Positions 32,045 to 39,415 of a stretch of 39,415 nucleotides of DNA are shown piece by piece. The notes beneath the pieces are model-generated. The model saw only the letters and a list, made by a program, of their open reading frames with translations. It had not been told where the DNA came from and searched no databases. The DNA is from a virus (Duplodnaviria > Heunggongvirae > Uroviricota > Caudoviricetes). Position 1 is the stretch's first letter. The number at the start of each line of letters is the position of its first letter. The stretch covers positions 1-39,415 of IMG/VR virus record IMGVR_UViG_2778261630_000006; one strand, 5' to 3'. The position numbers were made by a program, and so were the translations under genes.

Positions 32045-32086
32045 TCGTCCTTTATTTTTGGCATAAACAACAGAATAAACACTGCA

Positions 32087-32118
32087 CTGTGTATTCATTC
32101 CAACGAGTGAATACACGG
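32087..32118 (+). promoter_or_regulatory. Inverted repeat (9-11 bp stem, 10-nt loop) in the 3' UTR of the 207-aa gene
   Basis: GTGTATTCA ... TGAATACAC; no T-run follows. Confidence 0.35.
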
Positions 32119-32179
32119 AGCAATGTCGCTCGTAACTAAACAGGAGCCGACTTGTTCTGATTATTGGAAATCTTCTTTG

Positions 32180-32205
32180 CCCTCCGATGTGAGGGCCTTT
32201 TTATA
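32180..32205 (+). terminator. Rho-independent terminator upstream of cIII
   Basis: GCCCTC-CGATGT-GAGGGC hairpin followed by CTTTTTAT. Confidence 0.65.
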
Positions 32206-32268
32206 TGCATACCAATAACGCTTCACTCGAGGCGTTTTCGTTATGCAATCAAACAGAAGGAGCATCCT

Positions 32269-32439
32269 ATGCAACAGTTCGCTATTGCAGGGGCGGCATC
32301 GGTTCGCCCTTTCAACCCGATTTTATCGGTGCAGCATTCACGAAAAAACATTTTAACCGGAGCAGACTTTAAACAACCAAGAATGAAAAGCTTGCTCGAA
32401 AAGATTTGGGATATTTTGAAACAACAAGGCCGTCCATGA
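32269..32439 (+). CDS. cIII: CIII-like protein
   Basis: MQQFAIAG...SLLEKIWDILKQQGRP resembles lambda CIII. GAAGGAG ribosome-binding site. Confidence 0.65.
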   Translation: MQQFAIAGAASVRPFNPILSVQHSRKNILTGADFKQPRMKSLLEKIWDILKQQGRP

Positions 32440-32594
32440 GTTTTACAGATAACTGGTCAGACGAAGAATTCATTCGTCAGATGAAAGAATTAATCGGTAA
32501 CGAAGGAGATATTCATGTCACTTGCAACCACAGTGAAGGAGAGCAAGTTACAGAGACGCATGTACACGCAGAAAGCTCTCTGGTATCGCCATAA
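32436..32594 (+). CDS. Small ORF (52 aa), kil-like by position
   Basis: ATGA overlap with the cIII stop; acidic small protein. Identity not established. Confidence 0.35.
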   Translation: MSFTDNWSDEEFIRQMKELIGNEGDIHVTCNHSEGEQVTETHVHAESSLVSP

Positions 32595-32695
32595 TGGCGA
32601 CCGCGAAGGAATGCGGGTATGTCTTAATTTGTCCCGAGTCGAAGTATTAAATCAGCGTTATTTCCTTGGGTCATGTCCATTCTGAGAACAATCAT

Positions 32696-33301
32696 ATGAG
32701 CAAAGAATTTTACGCAAGACTGGCAGCTATTCAGGAGAATCTGAACGCGCCAAAGAATCAGTACAACTCATTCGGTAAATATAAATACAGAAGCTGCGAA
32801 GATATTCTTGAAGGCGTTAAGCCGTTACTGAATGGCCTGTTTTTATCAATCAGCGATGAAGTTGTGTTGATTGGTGATCGGTATTATGTGAAAGCCACGG
32901 CAACTATTACCGATGGCGAAAACAGTCATACGGCAACCGCTCTTGCACGAGAGGAAGAAAGCAAGAAAGGAATGGATTCTGCACAAGTTACGGGAGCTAC
33001 AAGCTCTTATGCACGCAAGTATTGCCTCAATGGTTTGTTCGGCATTGATGATGCGAAAGATGCAGATACCGACGAGCATAAACATCAGCAGAACGCAGCA
33101 GCAAAGCAATCAAAACCATCACCTACACCTGAACAGGTTCTAAAAGCATTCACTGACGCAGCAATGCAGAAAAACACCGTAGAAGAGCTTAAACAGGCGT
33201 TCGCCAAAGCGTGGAAGATGCTCGAAGGTACACCGGAGCAGCACAAAGCGCAGGACGTTTACAACATCAGACGAGACGAATTAGAAGGGGCAACTGCTTA
33301 A
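32696..33301 (+). CDS. erf: Erf single-strand annealing protein
   Basis: MSKEFYARLAAIQENLNAPKNQYNSFGKYKYRSCEDILEGVKPLL... matches P22 Erf. Confidence 0.92.
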   Translation: MSKEFYARLAAIQENLNAPKNQYNSFGKYKYRSCEDILEGVKPLLNGLFLSISDEVVLIGDRYYVKATATITDGENSHTATALAREEESKKGMDSAQVTGATSSYARKYCLNGLFGIDDAKDADTDEHKHQQNAAAKQSKPSPTPEQVLKAFTDAAMQKNTVEELKQAFAKAWKMLEGTPEQHKAQDVYNIRRDELEGATA

Positions 33302-33684
33302 TGGCACACTCGATTACTGTAAGACTAAACAGGCCAGCAAGAGAGTTTCAGGCCGGGGAAAATATCGGATTCAATATCCGTGCTGGCGTTCAGTATTACG
33401 ATCGCCAGACAAAAAAGAAAGAATGGACAAACTACAGCGCCGTTGTATTTGCCAAGCCGGGAGCGCAAGCGGATTACTACCGTAGTATTCTTGTTGAAGG
33501 TGGCATTGTAGAAATTACCGGAGAAAACATCAGGGTTGATGTTTATCAGGGGCAAAATGGTCAATCAATCACTCTTGAATTACTGAATGCAAAGATTGGA
33601 TTTGCAACATCAGGAAACTGCCAACAGCAACAAAGTAGCAATCATCAAAATCATCCTGAATACGATGATTCAATTCCCTTCTAA
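33301..33684 (+). CDS. Phage single-stranded DNA-binding protein
   Basis: About 127 aa; Gln-rich tail ending DDSIPF, a typical SSB acidic tip. TAATG overlap with erf. Confidence 0.7.
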   Translation: MAHSITVRLNRPAREFQAGENIGFNIRAGVQYYDRQTKKKEWTNYSAVVFAKPGAQADYYRSILVEGGIVEITGENIRVDVYQGQNGQSITLELLNAKIGFATSGNCQQQQSSNHQNHPEYDDSIPF

Positions 33685-33707
33685 ATTAGCAATATAAGGA
33701 TTCCATT

Positions 33708-34001
33708 ATGCCAGCGCCTATGTATGGTGCGGATGACCCGCGCCGCTGTTCCGGCAAATCAGTATCGGAGGTGCTGGATAAATTCAGAAAAAACTACGAC
33801 CTGATAATGTCGCTACCGCAGGAAACGAAAGAGGAAAAGGAATTTCGTCATTGTATATGGCTTGCAGAGAAAGAAGAACGCGAGCGAATTTACCAGACAT
33901 CAATCCGACCATTCCGTAAAGCCACATATACCCACTTCCCTGAAATCGACCCGCGCCTGCGTAATTACCGCTCACGCTATGGCGCTATCAGTAATAACTG
34001 A
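33708..34001 (+). CDS. Hypothetical protein (97 aa), Abc2-like by position
   Basis: AAGGA ribosome-binding site. Anti-RecBCD role is suggested only by position next to erf. Confidence 0.35.
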   Translation: MPAPMYGADDPRRCSGKSVSEVLDKFRKNYDLIMSLPQETKEEKEFRHCIWLAEKEERERIYQTSIRPFRKATYTHFPEIDPRLRNYRSRYGAISNN

Positions 34002-34011
34002 GGAATTTACC

Positions 34012-34176
34012 ATGAGAGGACTTGCATACAATCCCGGCATTCTTCCTGCAGAAATGATTATTCGCCAACGCGTAAAGCCAATGCCATCGAGAGAGGAATT
34101 GCTTAAGAGAAATTCTTTTCCTTCAGTGAATCAAAACAAATATCTGAATGCGATGTGGCGGAGTGGGAAGAAATGA
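34012..34176 (+). CDS. Small ORF (54 aa)
   Basis: GAGGAA ribosome-binding site then ATG; stop overlaps the next start. Confidence 0.4.
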   Translation: MRGLAYNPGILPAEMIIRQRVKPMPSREELLKRNSFPSVNQNKYLNAMWRSGKK

Positions 34177-34607
34177 AACAAATGACACTAATTGAGATGG
34201 ATGGATTTCTGAAAGGTAAATGCATCCCACGAGATTTAAAGGTTAACGAAACAAACGCTGAATATCTGGTGCGTAAATTTGCTGAACTTGAAGCTAAATG
34301 CGCGGCGCTGGCTGCGGAGAATGCAAGGCTGAAGAAGTTCTGCAAAGACGCTGCATTCGATGCCGATTACGAAGCAGAGCTAGGTATGGAGAGAGGTGGA
34401 TTCAGTGATGCACTTAACGAAATCAAAACCCCGGCCACCGACGCATTCCTGGCTGAAGTGCGGGCGCAGGGATTGGAGATGTTTGCACAGAAATGTAACT
34501 CAAAATCCGAACAGTCGCTTGCATCTGATATACGCGATAACTGGAAACTACTCGGTGAGCATGCGACTGACTTTGCCGCAGAGCTTCGCAAAGGAGGCAA
34601 CCAGTGA
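34173..34607 (+). CDS. Hypothetical protein (144 aa), helical
   Basis: ATGA coupling with the upstream ORF; no family recognised. Confidence 0.5.
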   Translation: MKQMTLIEMDGFLKGKCIPRDLKVNETNAEYLVRKFAELEAKCAALAAENARLKKFCKDAAFDADYEAELGMERGGFSDALNEIKTPATDAFLAEVRAQGLEMFAQKCNSKSEQSLASDIRDNWKLLGEHATDFAAELRKGGNQ

Positions 34608-35089
34608 CTGGACATGCAGCAATCCTCGACATGTACTGTGGCAGTCGCATGTTCTGGTTCGATAAGAATGACGACCGGGCGATATTTAGCGATATCAGAA
34701 AGGAAGAGCACACATTGTGTGATGGACGACGCCTGATTATCAGTCCTGACCTGATAGCTGATTTTCGTGCACTACCATTTGCAGACGCATCCTTTTCGAT
34801 GGTTGTATTCGACCCTCCGCATCTTGAGCGTGTTGGTGATAACGCCTGGATGGGAAAGAAATATGGACGGCTGAATAAAGATACCTGGCGTGATGATTTA
34901 CGGCAGGGATTCAAAGAAGCCTTTCGTGTGTTGTGGCCATACGGCGTTCTGATTTTTAAATGGAATGAAACGCAAATACCTGTTCGCCAGATATTGGCAC
35001 TGACCGACAGAAAGCCTGTTATCGGTCAACGAACAGGAAAGGGTGACAAGACCCACTGGATTATTTTTATGAAGGAGGGCAACCAGTGA
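34604..35089 (+). CDS. Small SAM-dependent methyltransferase-like protein (GTG start)
   Basis: Motif I-like ILDMYCGSR near the N-terminus and motif IV-like VVFDPPH. Only 161 aa, so no obvious target-recognition domain. Confidence 0.5.
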   Translation: MTGHAAILDMYCGSRMFWFDKNDDRAIFSDIRKEEHTLCDGRRLIISPDLIADFRALPFADASFSMVVFDPPHLERVGDNAWMGKKYGRLNKDTWRDDLRQGFKEAFRVLWPYGVLIFKWNETQIPVRQILALTDRKPVIGQRTGKGDKTHWIIFMKEGNQ

Positions 35090-35727
35090 GCGAGATTGAT
35101 TATCAGGCGCTACGGGAACGTTATTCACCTAAGCCAGTACCTGAATGCTCTGTTTGTGGCGAGGAAATGTCAATACAGCGTATATCTGGAGCACATGTCA
35201 CTTATGCCTGCTCCAGTTATGGTGGTGATGGAGATTTCAAAATTGGTCGAACACTTGCCGACGAGCATTATGAAAAATCACGCGTAACAGTAGTTGATGA
35301 CAGTGACCCTGATGTAATTGCACTACTGGACGAACTGGAGGCAGCAAAATCAAAACTCAACGAGCAGCGTGAGTATTACGAAGGTGTTATCTCGGATGGG
35401 AGTAAGCGCATTGCTGAACTGGAGAAAAGCGAAGAGCAACTCATTAATGAGCGTGACCATGCTGAGTCTGCTTTAGCTGTTATGTACTTTGCAGCAACCG
35501 GGGATAGGCCTGAGTGGAGCAACTGGTTCGGCTTTTCTGATGCCGTTGATGCCGTGGTTGACAGAATTGCTGATTTAGAAGCCAAACAGCCATCGCCAGT
35601 AGTACCGGAAGAAAAACCAATGCCTAACCCTCTTAGCATGTACGCGGTTGATGCTGTTGCCGCTATTGCAGAGGTGAGAGGCTGGAACGCCTGCCGTGCC
35701 GCTATGCTTCAGGGGAAAGGAGAGTGA
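35086..35727 (+). CDS. Ead/Ea22-like early protein
   Basis: Acidic coiled-coil middle and C-terminal AAMLQGKGE tail shared with the 35937-36386 gene. Confidence 0.5.
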   Translation: MSEIDYQALRERYSPKPVPECSVCGEEMSIQRISGAHVTYACSSYGGDGDFKIGRTLADEHYEKSRVTVVDDSDPDVIALLDELEAAKSKLNEQREYYEGVISDGSKRIAELEKSEEQLINERDHAESALAVMYFAATGDRPEWSNWFGFSDAVDAVVDRIADLEAKQPSPVVPEEKPMPNPLSMYAVDAVAAIAEVRGWNACRAAMLQGKGE

Positions 35728-35728
35728 T

Positions 35729-35926
35729 ATGGACAAAAACACACCTGCTTACTGGAGTTTATCACTTGATACTGAATGCCCAAAATGCGGTCACAATTTC
35801 GATCTGCTTTGTGATGCTGATTTCTGGGAGTTTTCTGGAGCTAAACAGGCATGTGAAGAAATAAAAGGTTACGAAACATGCTGTCCAGAATGTAACCATG
35901 AATTTAAAACAGATTTTGTGTATTGA
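35729..35926 (+). CDS. Small zinc-ribbon protein (65 aa)
   Basis: Two CxxC pairs (CPKCGH ... CCPECNH). Confidence 0.5.
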   Translation: MDKNTPAYWSLSLDTECPKCGHNFDLLCDADFWEFSGAKQACEEIKGYETCCPECNHEFKTDFVY

Positions 35927-35936
35927 GGCATAACGA

Positions 35937-36386
35937 ATGACCACTTTTACTAAAGAACAATTAATAGAGATGATTAAGCGCAATATAACGGTTATGGATC
36001 GTTATCCTGATTTAGTAACTGCACAAATGGATCTGGAAGTATACAAAATTGCGCTGGCATCGCTGGAAGCAGAGCCAGTTGCTTATATTTTCAAACATCC
36101 GGCTGGGAAATTATTCTGGGCTTTAACGGATGAAAGCAATAAAGAGCAATCGGACGTTATTCCTGTTTATGCTGCCGCGCCTGCGTCGGTTGTGCCGGAT
36201 AATGCATCAGAGTCTCTTGCTTATGCTTACAAAGAGCTTACGCCTGAGATTATGCGCGGTCATATCGCTGTATTCGAGCGATACGGAATAGCCCCAAACG
36301 ATAGCACTACCACAATTCAGGCACTGCGAATCGCGCTGGATGGTATAGAGCGGAGCGACGCCATGCTTCAGGGTAAAGGAGGGTGA
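35937..36386 (+). CDS. Ead/Ea22-like early protein (paralog)
   Basis: Shares the LASLEAEPV segment and C-terminal DAMLQGKGG tail with neighbours. Confidence 0.5.
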   Translation: MTTFTKEQLIEMIKRNITVMDRYPDLVTAQMDLEVYKIALASLEAEPVAYIFKHPAGKLFWALTDESNKEQSDVIPVYAAAPASVVPDNASESLAYAYKELTPEIMRGHIAVFERYGIAPNDSTTTIQALRIALDGIERSDAMLQGKGG

Positions 36387-36387
36387 T

Positions 36388-36597
36388 ATGGCTATTGCCG
36401 CAAGTTACACCATGCATCTCTATTGTGACTGCCGCCAGTGTACGGAAGGTGTATATCCAGTGCCAGACTTCGGTGAATATATCGGTACGTCATGGGCTGG
36501 CTGTGCAAAAGAGGCCCGTAAAGACGGGTGGCGAATAAGTAAAGACAAAACACGTGCTTTTGCGCCCGGGCATAAAGTTTTGAGGATTAACAAATGA
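36388..36597 (+). CDS. Small Cys-rich hypothetical protein (69 aa)
   Basis: ATG 1 nt after the upstream stop; CDCRQC motif. Confidence 0.45.
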   Translation: MAIAASYTMHLYCDCRQCTEGVYPVPDFGEYIGTSWAGCAKEARKDGWRISKDKTRAFAPGHKVLRINK

Positions 36598-37511
36598 CCA
36601 CTATTACCAGAGAACAGGCACAGAAAATTATTGAAGCAGCCGATGAGGTTATTAGTGCGCTGGCCGGAACTAATGAGGATGTTCACCCTGGTAGCGATAA
36701 CATGCTACGTCTGTGGGATGACCTGAATGACCGTCACGCGCCCCCTGAAGTTGTGCGTGAGTTGGCACGAATTGTGCTGGCATCGCTGGAAGCAGAGCCT
36801 GTTCTGTATCAGTCCTGCACTCGCCCCACCTGGAATAGCGGTGTTCCGTGGACGGAATGGAAAGAACGAAGTCGTGAGTGCTACGAAGACGATTTGCGCT
36901 TTACAGACACGCCTGACCATGCCGGTTGGATATACAAATGTCGAAAACTATATACCAATCCGCCAGCGCCGATAGCGTTGGAGGCCATTGAAAACGCAAT
37001 TGAATACATCCGCAGTATCGCTTTCCACATCGATGAAGACGATTACCACGGCAAACATATTGCGTATTTCATGCGACAAGCATTGGCCTGGCTGGAAGGG
37101 CATTCATGCAGCGACGACAGACTGGGTAAAGCCGATAATCAACCAGTACGCGGCAACCAGGCTGCCGAATCCAATCGCGGTAATGAGTGGACCGGCAATC
37201 CTGATATTGATAACGCCATCATCATGCTCGATCGCATAGATACGCTGGAAAGTTGCGATGATGACCGTATTGAGGCTGTTAAGGCTGTTTTGCGTAGACT
37301 GGCTGGCAACTCTCCGGTAACTCCGGATGATTGGATAAGCTGTAGTGAGCGAATGCCCGCTCAAGATGATTGGATTTTAATTTATTCAAAGCACGGCGAG
37401 TATATGGCAGGACAGGTACAAGGGGAATACGTGGAGTTGAGCGACGGCACTTTATCGTGGTTAGGGAACGCCTTGTTCTGGATGCCGCTACCAGAACCGC
37501 CTCAGGGGTGA
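36594..37511 (+). CDS. DUF551-type early protein with Ea22-like N-terminal segment
   Basis: C-terminal ERMPAQDDWILIY...WMPLPEPPQG is DUF551-like; N-terminal LASLEAEPV repeat shared with 35937-36386. Confidence 0.55.
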   Translation: MTTITREQAQKIIEAADEVISALAGTNEDVHPGSDNMLRLWDDLNDRHAPPEVVRELARIVLASLEAEPVLYQSCTRPTWNSGVPWTEWKERSRECYEDDLRFTDTPDHAGWIYKCRKLYTNPPAPIALEAIENAIEYIRSIAFHIDEDDYHGKHIAYFMRQALAWLEGHSCSDDRLGKADNQPVRGNQAAESNRGNEWTGNPDIDNAIIMLDRIDTLESCDDDRIEAVKAVLRRLAGNSPVTPDDWISCSERMPAQDDWILIYSKHGEYMAGQVQGEYVELSDGTLSWLGNALFWMPLPEPPQG

Positions 37512-37577
37512 AATGATGCTTGGCCTGAAGTATTTTATGTAATTGGTATTGCTATATTTTTATCTGGGGATAAACGA

Positions 37578-37820
37578 ATGTTCTCTCTGATTCAACGTGG
37601 TCAGATATACACCGATAGCGCTGGCTATCCAGTAAAAATCATTCGTAGTACTGATCACTCAGTATTCTTCAAGAGGATGGATGGCTATCCTGGAAGGGTG
37701 TGCATCAGAAAATTCAATAATTTATTCGAACACATTGATCACAGAGAATATCACCAGATCCTGGCTGAAACAGAGCAGGAGAACCATCTGAAAAAATTAC
37801 GTGCCATGCAAAGGAGATAA
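37578..37820 (+). CDS. Hypothetical small protein (80 aa)
   Basis: Stand-alone ORF after an AT-rich interval; no family recognised with confidence. Confidence 0.45.
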   Translation: MFSLIQRGQIYTDSAGYPVKIIRSTDHSVFFKRMDGYPGRVCIRKFNNLFEHIDHREYHQILAETEQENHLKKLRAMQRR

Positions 37821-37873
37821 GCCGATAAAGGTGTTTGAGATAAAGATGAATATCGGCAATGAATAACAATCCT

Positions 37874-37900
37874 CGCACTCGCGGGGATTTTTTTTATCTG
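37874..37900 (+). terminator. Rho-independent terminator
   Basis: CCTCGC-ACTC-GCGGGG hairpin (one G-U pair) followed by eight T. Confidence 0.65.
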
Positions 37901-37901
37901 A

Positions 37902-37925
37902 ACTCGCTACGGCGAGTTTTGTTTT
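37902..37925 (+). terminator. Second tandem terminator-like hairpin
   Basis: ACTCGC-TACG-GCGAGT followed by TTTGTTTT. Confidence 0.45.
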
Positions 37926-37928
37926 ATA

Positions 37929-38096
37929 GAGATGATAAATGCACTTCCGAGTCACAGGTGAATGGAATGGAGAGCCATTCAACAGAGTTATCGAAGCAGA
38001 GAACATCAATGACTGCTATGACCACTGGATGATATGGGCGCAGATAGCACATGCAGAAGTAACCAATATTCGAATTGAAGGACTGAAAGAACACCA
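37929..38096 (+). CDS. Small ORF (55 aa) upstream of xis
   Basis: MHFRVTGEWNGEPFNRVIEAENINDCYDHWMIWAQIAHAEVTNIRIEGLKEHQAA; not in the ORF track (under 60 aa). Weak ribosome-binding site. A CCGCC-TGAT-GGCGG hairpin plus T-run overlaps its stop. Confidence 0.35.
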
Positions 38097-38145
38097 AGCC
38101 GCCTGATGGCGGTTTTCTCTTGCGTGTAATTGCGGAGACTTTGCG

Positions 38146-38364
38146 ATGTACTTAACACTTCAGGAGTGGAACGCACGCCAGCGGCGCCCAAGAAGCCTTG
38201 AAACAGTTCGTCGATGGGTACGCGAGTGCAGGATATTCCCTCCTCCGGTTAAGGATGGAAGAGAGTATCTGTTCCACGAATCAGCGGTAAAGGTTGACTT
38301 AAATCAACCAGTAACAGGTAGCCTTTTGAAGAGGATCAGAAATGGGAAGAAGGCGAAGTCATGA
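38146..38364 (+). CDS. xis: Excisionase
   Basis: MYLTLQEWNARQRRPRSLETVRRWVRECRIFPPPVKDGREYLFHESAVKVDLN... matches lambda Xis. Confidence 0.95.
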   Translation: MYLTLQEWNARQRRPRSLETVRRWVRECRIFPPPVKDGREYLFHESAVKVDLNQPVTGSLLKRIRNGKKAKS

Positions 38365-39415
38365 GCGCCGGGATTTACCCCCTAACCTTTATATAAGAAA
38401 CAATGGATATTACTGCTACAGGGACCCAAGGACGGGTAAAGAGTTTGGATTAGGCAGAGACAGGAGGATAGCAATTACTGAAGCAATACAGGCCAATATT
38501 GAGTTACTCTCAGACAGCGGACGCAAATCACTGATAGACAGAATTAAAGGCGGTGACGCAATCACTCTTCATGTGTGGCTTAACCGATATGAAAGAATCC
38601 TCACCGAAAGGGGGATCAGGCCGAAAACTCTACTCGACTACGCCAGCAAAATCAGGGCAATCCGAAGAAAATTGCCGGACAAACCGCTCACTGACATATC
38701 AACGAAAGAAGTGGCAGCAATGCTAAACACCTACGTAGCAGAAGGTAAAGCAGCTTCCGCAAAATTAATCAGGTCAACCCTTGTTGACGTTTTTCGTGAA
38801 GCAATAGCCGAGGGGCATGTGGCAACGAATCCGGTAACAGCAACCCGTACAGCAAAGTCAGAAGTAAGGCGCTCAAGGCTGACAGCTAATGAGTATGTCG
38901 AGATTTACCATGCAGCCGAACCTCTCCCTATCTGGCTAAGGCTGGCGATGGATTTGGCCGTCGTTACAGGGCAGAGAGTCGGCGATTTGTGCAGAATGAA
39001 ATGGTCAGACATAAACGACAACCATCTTCACATTGAACAGAGTAAAACAGGGGCTAAACTCGCCATTCCGCTAACGCTAACGATTGACGCGCTCAATATC
39101 TCATTGGCTGATACACTACAGAAATGCAGGGAGGCCAGCAGCAGTGAAACTATAATCGCATCAAAGCATCACGATCCACTTTCCCCGAAAACAGTATCAA
39201 AGTATTTTACAAAGGCGAGAAATGCATCTGGACTCTCATTTGATGGAAACCCGCCAACATTCCATGAACTGCGTAGCCTGTCAGCGAGGCTATACCGGAA
39301 CCAGATTGGCGATAAGTTTGCTCAACGTCTTCTCGGGCATAAATCAGATTCAATGGCGGCGCGGTATAGGGACAGCCGTGGACGGGAATGGGACAAAATT
39401 GAAATCGACAAATGA
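38342..39415 (+). CDS. int: Tyrosine integrase, lambda Int family
   Basis: MGRRRSHERRDLPPNLYIRNNGYYCYRDPRTGKEFGLGRDRRIAITEAIQANIEL... and C-terminal HELRSLSARLY...LLGHKSDSMAARYRD match lambda Int; overlaps xis as in lambda. Stop is the last base of the window. Confidence 0.95.
   Translation: MGRRRSHERRDLPPNLYIRNNGYYCYRDPRTGKEFGLGRDRRIAITEAIQANIELLSDSGRKSLIDRIKGGDAITLHVWLNRYERILTERGIRPKTLLDYASKIRAIRRKLPDKPLTDISTKEVAAMLNTYVAEGKAASAKLIRSTLVDVFREAIAEGHVATNPVTATRTAKSEVRRSRLTANEYVEIYHAAEPLPIWLRLAMDLAVVTGQRVGDLCRMKWSDINDNHLHIEQSKTGAKLAIPLTLTIDALNISLADTLQKCREASSSETIIASKHHDPLSPKTVSKYFTKARNASGLSFDGNPPTFHELRSLSARLYRNQIGDKFAQRLLGHKSDSMAARYRDSRGREWDKIEIDK

Noticed and set aside
32164-32439. Longer 91-aa version of the cIII ORF starting at 32164
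   Set aside because: The upstream extension spans the terminator hairpin and lacks a ribosome-binding site. The ATG at 32269 has a GAAGGAG site and gives a lambda CIII-like N-terminus.

Overview
The window is almost entirely one mosaic lambdoid prophage of enteric bacteria, read in reverse relative to the lambda map. All homology calls are from memory of lambda and P22 proteins, not a database search, and coordinates of small features are approximate to a few bases. Left to right: a partial membrane-protein gene; a tailspike with a P22-type head-binding N-terminus fused to a different receptor-binding body; the P22 immI region (ant, arc, mnt) with an AT-rich accessory cassette; the P22-type virion and packaging module; lambda-type lysis genes (Rz/Rz1, R, S) and Q; a nin region; a replication module with an intragenic iteron origin; a lambda-like immunity region with a chimeric cI; lambda N; a P22-type recombination module (erf, ssb); an early-accessory region; and lambda-like xis and int ending at the window edge. 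No rRNA, tRNA or CRISPR was seen. I cannot name a defined new system from sequence alone. The best candidates for unexplained biology are the mnt-coupled cassette (4709-6002), the 207-aa gene just downstream of N (31421-32044), the tailspike receptor module, and the small methyltransferase-like gene in the early-accessory region.
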